Of a stretch of DNA of 64,000 nucleotides, positions 17,036-25,921 are shown piece after piece. The notes beneath the pieces are model-generated. The model ran no database searches, was not told the origin of the DNA, and was given only the letters and a program-made list of their open reading frames with translations. Every line of letters begins with the position of its first letter. Within the stretch, counting starts at the first letter, position 1. A program made the position numbers and the translations under genes. The DNA comes from Pirellulales bacterium (GTDB taxonomy: Bacteria > Planctomycetota > Planctomycetia > Pirellulales > JAICIG01). The stretch is from positions 32,001 to 96,000 of the forward strand of contig JBBDYJ010000017.1 of the NCBI GenBank assembly GCA_040901675.1, given 5' to 3'.

Positions 17036-19243
17036 GTGAAGCCAGGTGAAGCGCATCCCGCCCAATCGAACCGGCCTGGTGCCGGTGCGGCGGCGCGCCC
17101 GGCGGTCGACCTTCGCAGATCGCACTGGGCGGTGCTGAGTATCCTGGTGCTGTTGTTCATCGCGTACGTCGCCATTTTTTACGCCTGCCCGTTGCCCAGC
17201 GTCCGGGGCCAAATCCGCCGCTTCGATTTCTTGACTTGGGCTGCTCTGTTGCCCGACCAATTCATCTCGGTTTGGTTTGGCGATCCGCCGCAATTCATGC
17301 TGCGCGACCGTTTGGGCGTGCTGTGTGCGGCGGCCGCCATTCTAGCCGTGTCGGCCATGGTGGGGCGCCTCTTGATGCGGGGCCTGGGGCTGGATCGCGG
17401 GCTGACGCGGCTGGAAGTGGGAGTGTTTTCGGCGGGAGTGGGGCTGAACACCGTCTCGCTGTATGTGCTGGCGGTGGGGATGGTGGGCAAGCTTCGTAAC
17501 GTTTACCTGTTTACCGTGCCGGCCTGCCTGGTGGTGGCCGCGATGGTGGCCTTGGCCGTCGTCGAGAGGCGGTGGCGGCGCGAGCCGCCGGCCCCAGTTC
17601 AGCAGCCGGCGCGGCGTCGAGAATGGTTGAGGCGTCGGTGGCTTTGGATGGGCGCGCCGTTCGTGGCGGCGATTATGCTGGGAGGCATGCTGCCGCCCAT
17701 CGACTTCGATGTGCGCGAGTACCACCTGCAGGCGCCCAAGGAGTTCTTCCAGCAGGGGCAAGTCGTGTTCCTGCCGCACAACATCTACGGGAACATGGCC
17801 CTGGGCAGCGAGATGCTGAGCCTGCTGGCCATGGTGCTTTTGGACGATTGGTGGTTCGGGGCGCTGGTGGGCAAGACCGTGATTGCGGCGGTAACCCCCT
17901 TGACTGCGCTGGCGCTGCTCGCCGCGGGATTGCGGTTATTCTCGTTGAGGGCGGGGGTGGTGGCTGCCCTGGTCTATATCTCGATTCCTTGGATATCGCA
18001 GGTATCGAGCAACGGTTTGGTGGAAGGCGTCTCCGCTTTTTATCTGTTGCTTTCGGTGTTTGCGGTGTTGCTGTCGCGAGCGCCGAGCGAAGGGCAGCCC
18101 GGCGCGGCCTGGCGGCGCGTGCTCTTGGCGGGTTATCTGTCGGGTGCCGCCGTCTCGTGCAAATATCCCGGGCTGCTGTTCGTGGTGGTCCCGCTGGCGG
18201 CGTACCTCTGGCTGGCTGGCCGGAAGGCCGACTGGAAGCCGGTGGCCCTGTTTTTGGCGGCCACCCTGGCCGGTTGCGGGCTGTGGTTTTATAAGAACTG
18301 GCTGTTGACGGGCAATCCGACCTACCCGCTGTTGTACGAGGTTTTCGGGGGAGCGACCCGGACCGTGGAGAAGAATCATCAATGGCTGCTGGCGCACACG
18401 CCGTCGGGTTATTCATTCGAGCAATTGGCCGCCGGGCTGGCGAAAGTGTTCTGCACCAGCGAGTGGCTTAGCCCGCTGGTGATGCCGCTGGCGGTCATGG
18501 CCTGGCTGGCACGAGGGCAGCGGCGTCAGGTGATGTTTCTTTGGGGGTTCTTCGCGTACGTCGTGGCTGCCTGGTGGCTCTTGACGCACCGCATTGACCG
18601 GTTTTGGATTCCGGCATTGCCGGTGGTGGCGCTGCTGGCCGGAGTGGGTGCCACGTGGAGTGCATCGCTGGGTTGGCGGCGTATCGTGACCGCGATTTTG
18701 ATCTGTGGGCTGATGGCGAACTTTTTGTTCGTGGTCTCGGGAGCGGGCGGTTACAACGCCTACTTCGTCCAGTTGGAAAAGCTGCGCCATGGCCCGGGTC
18801 GGACCGATCCATGGCATCGGGCGCTCAACAGGCTTGTGCCGCCCGGGCACGGCGTGTTGATGGTGGGCGACGCCCAGGCATTCGATCTCGAAATGCCCGT
18901 CCTGTACAACACCGTGTTCGACGATTCGGTGTTCGTGCGGATGTGCCAGGGCCGCTCGGCGGAAGAAATTCGGGAGGCCCTGCTCAGCGAGCGGATCTCG
19001 CACGTCTACGTGCACTGGGGTGAGATCGCGCGGTATCGCAAGCACGGGAATTATGGGTTTCCGATGTTTGTCCAACCGGCCCTGTTTGACCAATTGATTC
19101 AGCACGGCGTATTCGATGCCCCATGGCAAAGCCAATTCCACCGCGGAATGGTCTACCCGGTGCGGGGCGGATGGCAACACCCTCCATTGGAGCCGCCGCT
19201 GGAGCAGCCGCCGCCGCTCGTGCCCGCAAAGACAGTGAAGTGA
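17036..19243 (+). CDS. Polytopic membrane glycosyltransferase (GT-C / ArnT-PMT-like)
   Basis: Many TM segments; PPIDFDVREYHLQAPK, SCKYPGLL, WFYKNWLLTGNPTYP, DRFWIPALP. Confidence 0.75.
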   Translation: MKPGEAHPAQSNRPGAGAAARPAVDLRRSHWAVLSILVLLFIAYVAIFYACPLPSVRGQIRRFDFLTWAALLPDQFISVWFGDPPQFMLRDRLGVLCAAAAILAVSAMVGRLLMRGLGLDRGLTRLEVGVFSAGVGLNTVSLYVLAVGMVGKLRNVYLFTVPACLVVAAMVALAVVERRWRREPPAPVQQPARRREWLRRRWLWMGAPFVAAIMLGGMLPPIDFDVREYHLQAPKEFFQQGQVVFLPHNIYGNMALGSEMLSLLAMVLLDDWWFGALVGKTVIAAVTPLTALALLAAGLRLFSLRAGVVAALVYISIPWISQVSSNGLVEGVSAFYLLLSVFAVLLSRAPSEGQPGAAWRRVLLAGYLSGAAVSCKYPGLLFVVVPLAAYLWLAGRKADWKPVALFLAATLAGCGLWFYKNWLLTGNPTYPLLYEVFGGATRTVEKNHQWLLAHTPSGYSFEQLAAGLAKVFCTSEWLSPLVMPLAVMAWLARGQRRQVMFLWGFFAYVVAAWWLLTHRIDRFWIPALPVVALLAGVGATWSASLGWRRIVTAILICGLMANFLFVVSGAGGYNAYFVQLEKLRHGPGRTDPWHRALNRLVPPGHGVLMVGDAQAFDLEMPVLYNTVFDDSVFVRMCQGRSAEEIREALLSERISHVYVHWGEIARYRKHGNYGFPMFVQPALFDQLIQHGVFDAPWQSQFHRGMVYPVRGGWQHPPLEPPLEQPPPLVPAKTVK

Positions 19244-19388
19244 GGCAAGCTGGGCCGGCTCCTTTTTCCCCAAGGGCCGCCCGTTCAGGACAACCCGACT
19301 AGCTCCAAGCGGCGCGAAATCGTATCGTTGTCGTCCTGCGAACGATTTGGCAGGAAGCCATATCTCGAGCGACAAGGAGGTTGCGATC

Positions 19389-19658
19389 ATGCGCTGTATG
19401 CCGGATACCGTTGAGGTCCGCGAACTGGTGCTGCGGACGTTCGACGAGTTCCAAACGGCTCAGACCCATCGCGAAGAGTTCAGCGAGACCATCCTGATCG
19501 AGGATGGGTGCTATCTGGCACGCTCGTACCGGCAGGATGGGCTCTTGGCGATGTGGCTGATCCAGGACGGCGTGCTGCAGTTCTACGACGCCGAGGGGAA
19601 CATGCTGCGGACAGTAAACCTGTTCGAGGAGCTGCACCCCAAAAAAATGGCCGCCTGA
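19389..19658 (+). CDS. Small conserved hypothetical protein
   Basis: AAGGAGG SD; ETILIEDGCYLARSY...AMW...QFYDAEGNMLRTVNL. Confidence 0.75.
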   Translation: MRCMPDTVEVRELVLRTFDEFQTAQTHREEFSETILIEDGCYLARSYRQDGLLAMWLIQDGVLQFYDAEGNMLRTVNLFEELHPKKMAA

Positions 19659-19873
19659 CCGCCTGATCCGATTGCCTGGGCATACACGCCCCGAAGCGCG
19701 TTCGCGCCGGGCGTGCGGCGGCTCGGCGAGCGAGACACGTCGATCCGACCGGGGCGCATCCGGCGTGATGCGATCTTGCCGGTAGGCGCGGCATGTCCTA
19801 AGCTGTTTACCGATCCAAAGGCGTGGATTGGTACGTCACGGATGACGGCCCGAAATCGCTTGCGAGCACCGGC

Positions 19874-22024
19874 ATGGAACTGAGCCAAACCGTCCGTGTC
19901 GTTCCGCTGGACGGCGACGAAGCATCGCCTGCCTCCCGGAGCGGCGACGACCCGCGGCGGCGCCCGCCGTCGGCGCTCGGGCGCGCCGTGGTCCGCACCC
20001 GGCAGTGGCTGCTGGACCAGCAGCACGCCGGCGGCTATTGGGTCGCCGAGCTGGAAGGGGACACGATCCTCGAAAGCGAGTACATCCTGCTGTTGGCCTA
20101 CCTGGGCCGGCACGACTCGCTGCAGGCCGGCAAGGCCGCCCGCACGATTATTGAAGAGCAGTTGCCCACGGGCGGCTGGTCCATTTATCCCGGCGGCGGC
20201 GTGGAGATCAGCGCCAGCGTCAAGGCGTACTTCGCGCTCAAGCTGGCGGGGCACGAGCCGAGCGCCGAGTACATGCAACGGGCCAGGGCGGCCATTATGG
20301 CCCACGGCGGGGCCGACGCGGTGAACAGCTTCACCCGCTTTTACCTGGCGTTGTTGGGACAGATCTCGTATGACCAATGCCCCGAAGTGCCGCCGGAGAT
20401 CGTGCTGTTGCCGGGCTGGTTCCCGGTGAACCTTTATGCGGTCAGCGCCTGGAGCCGCACGATTATCGTGCCGCTTTCGATCATGTCGGCCTTGCGTCCC
20501 AGGGCCCGGATCGCTCGCGAACAAGGAATACGCGAGCTGTTTCTCAACGAGCCCGCCGATTGGCCGCCGCTGCGCTGCCCGGGGCTCAAAGGGGGCAGCG
20601 GGCCGCTGAGTTGGGACCGCTTGTTTCGAGTCGTCGACGGCTGGCTCAAGTTGTGCCGTCGATGGGGCCTGCTGCCCGCCCGCCAGCGGGCCTTGGCGGC
20701 CGCCGAGCGCTGGATGCTCGACCGGTTCGAGGGGAGCGACGGATTGGGCGCGATCTTCCCGCCCATGGTGTGGAGCGTGATCGCGCTGGACGCGCTGGGC
20801 TATGCCGCCGACTCCCCCCAGCTCACGTGGTGCCACGAGCAGCTCGAAGGGCTCATGATCGACGAGCAGCACTCGCTGCGGCTGCAGCCGTGCAAGTCGC
20901 CGGTCTGGGACACGGCCATTGCCTTGCGGGCGCTGGCGGCCAGTGGCGTTCCCGCGGCACATCAGGCGATCGCCCGCGGGGCCGATTGGCTGCTCGACGT
21001 GCAGATCCACTCGCCGGGCGACTGGTCGCGCTCGGTCGACGCCGAGCCGGGGGGCTGGTGTTTCGAGCACGCCAACCAGTTTTATCCCGATCTGGACGAC
21101 ACGGCCATGGCGGTGATGGCTCTGGCCGAGCCGTTGGGCGGCCGGCCCGGCAAAGCCCTGCCGCCGCTGCTGGGGTTGTTGCCCGCCGGCGGGCGGACGG
21201 TGGACAAGCGAGCCGATGACCGCGGTGCCCGGCTGGCCCGTACCCACGCCGCGATTGCCAAGGCCGAGCGCTGGATGCTGGCGATGCAGAACCGCGACGG
21301 CGGCTGGGGCGCATTCGACCGCGACAACGACCGGGAGTTTCTCTGCCACGTGCCGTTCGCCGACCATAATGCGATGATCGATCCCAGCACGCCGGACCTG
21401 ACCGCCCGCGTGCTGGAGGCGCTGGGCGAGCTGGGGCGGCGGGTGGGGGACCCGGCGGTGGACCGCGGCGTCGCTTACCTGGCGCGGACGCAGGAGGCCG
21501 ACGGAAGCTGGTTCGGCCGCTGGGGAGTGAACTACGTCTACGGCACCTGGCAGGTTCTGACGGGATTGGCCGCGGTAGGCCTGCCGGCCGATCATCCGCT
21601 GATCAAGTCGGGTGCCCAGTGGCTGCTGAGCCACCAGCAGCCCGAAGGGTCCTGGGGCGAATCGCCCGACAGCTATGCCGATCCCCGCTTGCGCGGCCAG
21701 GGGCCTCCCACCGCTTCACAAACCGCCTGGGCCGTGCTGGGCCTGATCGCGGCCGGCCTGGAACGCCACCCGGCCACGGCGCAGGGCGTCGAGTACCTGG
21801 TGGACCAGCAGCAGGAGGACGGCACCTGGAACGAGCCGGAGTTCACCGGGACCGGTTTTCCGCTGGTGTTCTATCTGCGGTACCATATGTACCCGATCTA
21901 CTTCCCGCTGTTGGCCCTTTCGCGTTTTGCCGTCGCCACGGCGGGGAAGGCAGGAGGAGGAGTGCAGAAGGAGGAAGGAGGAATCCGAGAAGCGCAAGCG
22001 GACCTCCTGCCTGCTGGAAACTGA
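19874..22024 (+). CDS. shc: Squalene-hopene cyclase (HpnF)
   Basis: GYWVAELE, SPVWDT, GGWCFE, catalytic YPDLDDTA (DxDD), QW repeats QNRDGGWG, QEADGSW, QQEDGTW, FYLRYHMY. Confidence 0.97.
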   Translation: MELSQTVRVVPLDGDEASPASRSGDDPRRRPPSALGRAVVRTRQWLLDQQHAGGYWVAELEGDTILESEYILLLAYLGRHDSLQAGKAARTIIEEQLPTGGWSIYPGGGVEISASVKAYFALKLAGHEPSAEYMQRARAAIMAHGGADAVNSFTRFYLALLGQISYDQCPEVPPEIVLLPGWFPVNLYAVSAWSRTIIVPLSIMSALRPRARIAREQGIRELFLNEPADWPPLRCPGLKGGSGPLSWDRLFRVVDGWLKLCRRWGLLPARQRALAAAERWMLDRFEGSDGLGAIFPPMVWSVIALDALGYAADSPQLTWCHEQLEGLMIDEQHSLRLQPCKSPVWDTAIALRALAASGVPAAHQAIARGADWLLDVQIHSPGDWSRSVDAEPGGWCFEHANQFYPDLDDTAMAVMALAEPLGGRPGKALPPLLGLLPAGGRTVDKRADDRGARLARTHAAIAKAERWMLAMQNRDGGWGAFDRDNDREFLCHVPFADHNAMIDPSTPDLTARVLEALGELGRRVGDPAVDRGVAYLARTQEADGSWFGRWGVNYVYGTWQVLTGLAAVGLPADHPLIKSGAQWLLSHQQPEGSWGESPDSYADPRLRGQGPPTASQTAWAVLGLIAAGLERHPATAQGVEYLVDQQQEDGTWNEPEFTGTGFPLVFYLRYHMYPIYFPLLALSRFAVATAGKAGGGVQKEEGGIREAQADLLPAGN

Positions 22025-22062
22025 AAACTTCGCTGACCGCTATCTAAGTCGTAAGCTGCACG

Positions 22063-22090
22063 CTCTAAGTTCTAAGCTCTAAGTTCTAAG
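22063..22090. repeat. 7-mer tandem repeat (C/T)TCTAAG x4
   Basis: ctctaag ttctaag ctctaag ttctaag. Confidence 0.8.
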
Positions 22091-22102
22091 TTCGAGTTCC
22101 GC

Positions 22103-23113
22103 ATGCCGGTACCGCTTTCGCAAATGTGGACGGTGGCCCGCTACGTCCTGGGCAAGAAGCTGCGGGGCGTGAAGCGGTACCCGCTGGTGATGATGCTCGA
22201 GCCGCTGTTCCGCTGCAACCTGGCCTGCGCCGGCTGCGGCAAGATCCAGTATCCGGGCCAGATTCTCCGCCGCCAGCTCTCGCCCGCAGCGTGTTTCCGC
22301 GCGGTCGATGAGTGCGGCGCTCCCATGGTGTCGATCCCCGGCGGCGAGCCGCTGCTGCACCCGCAAATCGGCGAGATCGTCGAGGGACTGGTGGCCCGCA
22401 AGAAATACGTCTACCTGTGCACCAACGCCTTGAAACTGGTGGAGAGCCTTCCCAAGTTCCGGCCGTCGAAGTATCTCACCTTCTCGATCCACATGGACGG
22501 CCCCCGCGAGATGCACGACCAGGCGGTCTGCCGCGCGGGCGTGTACGACGCCGCGGTCGAGGCCATCAAGGCGGCCCTGGCCGCCGGCTTCCGCGTGACG
22601 ACCAACACCACGCTCTTCGACCACGCCGAACCGGCCCGGCTGCGAGAGTTCTTCGACGCGATGATGGACCTGGGAGTCGAAGGCATGATGCTCTCGCCCG
22701 GCTACCGCTACGAAAAGGCCCCCGACCAGGAACACTTTCTGGGCCGGGACCGCACCAGGCAGTTGTTCCGCGGTTTGCTGGCCAGGCGCGGCAAGCGGTG
22801 GCGGTTTAACCAGTCGCCGCTGTTTCTGGAGTTCCTGCAGGGCAAATTCGAGCTGGAGTGTACGCCCTGGGGAAACCCCACCTACAACCTCTTCGGCTGG
22901 CAGAAACCGTGCTACCTGCTCAACGAAGGCTATGCGGCCACCTACCAGGAGCTGCTCGAAACGACCGACTGGGCGGCCTACGGGCGCGCCAGCGGCAACC
23001 CGAAGTGCGCCGACTGCATGGTCCATTGTGGCTACGAGCCGAGCGCCGTGGCGGCCACGTTCCGACTGAAGGGGATGCTGCACACCGCCCGGCTGATGCT
23101 AGGCAAGGGCTAA
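22103..23113 (+). CDS. hpnH: Adenosylhopane-forming radical SAM enzyme
   Basis: [48 protein letters not shown]; directly downstream of shc. Confidence 0.97.
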   Translation: MPVPLSQMWTVARYVLGKKLRGVKRYPLVMMLEPLFRCNLACAGCGKIQYPGQILRRQLSPAACFRAVDECGAPMVSIPGGEPLLHPQIGEIVEGLVARKKYVYLCTNALKLVESLPKFRPSKYLTFSIHMDGPREMHDQAVCRAGVYDAAVEAIKAALAAGFRVTTNTTLFDHAEPARLREFFDAMMDLGVEGMMLSPGYRYEKAPDQEHFLGRDRTRQLFRGLLARRGKRWRFNQSPLFLEFLQGKFELECTPWGNPTYNLFGWQKPCYLLNEGYAATYQELLETTDWAAYGRASGNPKCADCMVHCGYEPSAVAATFRLKGMLHTARLMLGKG

Positions 23114-23140
23114 GGTGCTCTTCTGGGCGTCTTGTCTCCT

Positions 23141-23190
23141 CTCGCTTGCGCATCGGGTTCGTGGGCTCGCTTGCGCGTCGGGTTCGTGGG
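23141..23190. repeat. 25-bp tandem duplication (CTCGCTTGCGCRTCGGGTTCGTGGG x2)
   Basis: Two adjacent copies differing at one base. Confidence 0.85.
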
Positions 23191-23265
23191 CAAGCGCAGG
23201 CCGCTCGTGGTAGGATTGGCTCGGGGTCCTGATCCAGCCGAGCGGCCGCAAGGCGGAAGTACGTC

Positions 23266-24147
23266 ATGGTCTGGCAATCGATGTTGCGCCACTGGCTCGG
23301 GCAGCAGGCGCGCGCCAAGGTGTTCGAGGCGGCGCGGCAGCGGGCTGAGGGCGGCTCGCGCCCGGCCGAGCGGCCCGCGCCTTGCGACGTGGGGCTGGTG
23401 TTCGCGCTGGGAATGGAGCTGGGCGGCTTGGAGGATCTGCTCCAGGGCGTGGTTACGATGCGTGGGCAGGACTTCATTGCCCGTCAGGGGAGTTTGCAGG
23501 GTCGGTCGTTGGTGCTGATCGAGTCGGGAGTGGGTTTTGAGGCCGCCGCCCGCGGCACGCAGGCCCTGATCGGCGGGCACCGTCCGCCATGGGTGATCTC
23601 GGCCGGCTTCGCGGGCGGGCTCGATCCGCAGGTGGCGCGGGGCGACATCCTGATGGTCGACAGCTTGTGCGAGGCGGGCGGTCGGCAGCTTTCGATCGAT
23701 CTGAAAGTGAGCCCCGAATCGCTGGCCGGCCGGCCCGGCGTTCACGTGGGTCGATTGCTCTCGATCGACGCCGTGGTGCACCGCCCGGAGGAAAAGCGGG
23801 CGCTGGGTGCAGCTCACAGCGCGTTGGCGGTGGACATGGAATCGTGGGCGGTGGGCGAGGTCTGCCGGCAGGCGAAGGTGCGGTTTCTGGCGGTGCGGAT
23901 CATCACCGACGCGGTGGACGACCGGCTGCCGCGCGACGTGGAGAAGTTGGCGCGGCAGAAGACGCGGGCCGCCCGCCTGGGTGCCGCGGCAGGTGCCGTG
24001 TTTCGCCGTCCGTCCAGTCTGAAGGACATGCTCAAGCTGAAGGAGCAGGCGCTCGTGGCCTCCGACCGGCTGGCGCAGTTTCTGGCCGGGATGATCGTGC
24101 AGTTGGTTCCGGCCGCGGAGGAGGCTGGCGGTGAACAGGCTACGTAG
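23266..24147 (+). CDS. hpnG: Purine nucleosidase/phosphorylase family protein (HpnG-like)
   Basis: SGVG, ISAGFAGGL, AVDMES, VRIITD; follows hpnH. Confidence 0.75.
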   Translation: MVWQSMLRHWLGQQARAKVFEAARQRAEGGSRPAERPAPCDVGLVFALGMELGGLEDLLQGVVTMRGQDFIARQGSLQGRSLVLIESGVGFEAAARGTQALIGGHRPPWVISAGFAGGLDPQVARGDILMVDSLCEAGGRQLSIDLKVSPESLAGRPGVHVGRLLSIDAVVHRPEEKRALGAAHSALAVDMESWAVGEVCRQAKVRFLAVRIITDAVDDRLPRDVEKLARQKTRAARLGAAAGAVFRRPSSLKDMLKLKEQALVASDRLAQFLAGMIVQLVPAAEEAGGEQAT

Positions 24148-24165
24148 AACGGAATTCATTCCGTT
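24144..24165 (+). repeat. GTAG-type REP (GTAGAACGGAATTCATTCCGTT), family A
   Basis: GTAG followed by hairpin AACGGAA-TTCA-TTCCGTT; overlaps the hpnG TAG; further copies at 30397-30568. Confidence 0.85.
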
Positions 24166-24210
24166 TACCTGCGTTAGAACGCCATGAATTCGGTTATGCG
24201 CCGTGGTGCT

Positions 24211-25395
24211 TCAGCGTGTAACCCGACAATTCGGCAGGCATTGTCGCAACTGGTCGCAGCCCGCCTCCGTGGTCAAGGTGCCACGCACGTCCACCGATCT
24301 TAGGCTTGTCAACCACCCGAGGTGTGCAAGGCCGGCATCGCCGACGTCCGTGAAATTCAGTTGCAGCGTCTGGAGGCGTGTCAGCCGGCTCACGTGCGCA
24401 ACTCCAGCGTCCGTGAGAGGCGTGTGGAACAGCGAGAGTGTCCGCAGGCTCGTCAGCCCCCGCAGATGCGCAATGCCTTCACCGGTGATCCGGGTTTCAC
24501 GCAGGTCCAGTTGTTCCAGGCTTGCCAGCGGCTTCAGGTGCGCCAGCCCGGCATCGGTGACCAGCGTGTTGCTCAAGTCCAGCACGGTGAGCTTCGTCAA
24601 CCCTTCCAGGTAGACAAGGCCGGCATCGGTAATCCGCGTGCTACCCAGGTCGAGCTCTTTAAGGCTTGCCAGCTTGCTAAGGTGCACAATGTCAGCATCG
24701 CTGACATTCGTGAAATGCAGGTTCAAGGCTTGCAGCTTTTTTAGTCGACTGAAGCGCGCGAGGCCGGCGCCGCTAACAGGCGTAGAGACCAGCGACAAGG
24801 TTTCGAGTTTGGTGAGCCCTTCCAGGTGGGCAAGCCCAGCATCAGTAATCCGCCTCCCGCGCAGGGTCAGCTCTTTTAGATTGGTCAGCCGGCTCAGATG
24901 CGCAAGCCCGGCATCGGTGACGTGCGTGTCGCCCAGATTCAGCGATTCCAGGCTGGTGAGCACACCCAGGTGCGGGCAGGCTTCATCGGTGGCGTCGCGC
25001 AGATTAACGTGCATGACATTGGCAAAATAGTCGACGCCGATTATCTGCCGCAGCGACCGCGGTCCGCGCGGCTTGTTGTTCAATGCCCGTGGCACACGTC
25101 CGGATCGTGCCTGGCGATCCCCGCCGGCGTGCGGTGCGAACAGCTTGTTATTCAATGCCCTTGGCACCGGTATGTCCGCAGCCGGATCATTGAATTCATG
25201 CTCGTATTGCACTTGGATCTTTAGAGCCTTCAGCGCCGCCACGGCGCGGCGTTGCCTCTCGGCCGGGATTACCACCAGGGCGAGGACCACACTGACGACG
25301 GTCACCAGGGCCAGCAGCGTCGAGAGGCTGTACTGGCGCCAGCTCCACCGCCGCTTCCCTGGCTTAGTTGGCGTGGATGCTCCCATAACGCCCAT
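24211..25395 (-). CDS. Planctomycete-type leucine-rich-repeat protein (24-aa LRRs)
   Basis: RQYSLSTLLALVTVVSVVLA N-terminal motif/TM; about ten LxxLxxLxLxxTxVTDAGLAHL repeats; LRQCLPNCRV cap; start at 25395 or 25386. Confidence 0.9.
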   Translation of the reverse strand: MGVMGASTPTKPGKRRWSWRQYSLSTLLALVTVVSVVLALVVIPAERQRRAVAALKALKIQVQYEHEFNDPAADIPVPRALNNKLFAPHAGGDRQARSGRVPRALNNKPRGPRSLRQIIGVDYFANVMHVNLRDATDEACPHLGVLTSLESLNLGDTHVTDAGLAHLSRLTNLKELTLRGRRITDAGLAHLEGLTKLETLSLVSTPVSGAGLARFSRLKKLQALNLHFTNVSDADIVHLSKLASLKELDLGSTRITDAGLVYLEGLTKLTVLDLSNTLVTDAGLAHLKPLASLEQLDLRETRITGEGIAHLRGLTSLRTLSLFHTPLTDAGVAHVSRLTRLQTLQLNFTDVGDAGLAHLGWLTSLRSVDVRGTLTTEAGCDQLRQCLPNCRVTR

Positions 25396-25452
25396 TGTCG
25401 GCCGCCTGGCAGAGACCGGCAAGCTTTCCACTACCGGGCCCCCCGGGACGAG

Positions 25453-25500
25453 CGCTGCTTCTCGCTGCCGGCTACGCCGGCAACCTCCAAGCAGTGGCGC
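25453..25500. repeat. Hairpin repeat family B copy
   Basis: CGCTGCTTCTCG-ctgccggc-tac-gccggca-ACCTCCAAGCAGTGGCGC. Confidence 0.75.
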
Positions 25501-25536
25501 GTCAGGCGCCGGCAACTCCGTCACACGAAGGGGTAG

Positions 25537-25596
25537 AAAGAAAGGGGACATTCTACTTTATAAGCACAATAAGGTAGAATGTCCCCTTTCTTTTTT
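25537..25596. mobile_element. ~57-bp AT-rich palindromic element (MITE/REP-like), copy 1
   Basis: AAGAAAGGGGACATTCTACTTTA-TAAGCACAA-TAAGGTAGAATGTCCCCTTTCTT. Confidence 0.8.
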
Positions 25597-25619
25597 CACC
25601 TCAAGCGCCGGCAACTTTG

Positions 25620-25835
25620 TCACACGAAGGGGTACATGTTGTTCTTGCTGGGGTCGCAGAGGCCGGCGGAATTGTAGGCGGCGATGTCCTGGGCTACGCG
25701 CTCTCGGAAACCGTTGAGCGATTCGACTCCAAGCGGCGAAGTGCCGGCCAAGTCGACGAGCGTTTCGTGGGCGCGCTCGACGGCGGCGCGGGCGGCGCGA
25801 TTCGAGAAGAGGAACTCGTCGCTGGGGCTGGCCAA
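25620..25835 (-). pseudogene. Duplicated 3' fragment (71 codons) of the halogenase gene
   Basis: Identical to 25922-26137; bounded by two palindrome copies. Confidence 0.9.
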
Positions 25836-25840
25836 GGACG

Positions 25841-25899
25841 AAGAAAGGGGACATTCTACTTTATAAGCACAATAAAGTAGAATGTCCCCTTTCTTTTTT
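25841..25899. mobile_element. ~57-bp palindromic element, copy 2
   Basis: AAGAAAGGGGACATTCTACTTTA-TAAGCACAA-TAAAGTAGAATGTCCCCTTTCTT (perfect arms). Confidence 0.8.
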
Positions 25900-25921
25900 C
25901 ACTCAGGCGCCGGCAACTGTG

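Noticed and set aside
25537..25899. Palindrome-spacer-palindrome as a CRISPR array or DGR template repeat
   Set aside because: The intervening DNA is an exact copy of the adjacent gene tail. There are no adenine-specific mismatches and no reverse transcriptase or cas gene in the window.
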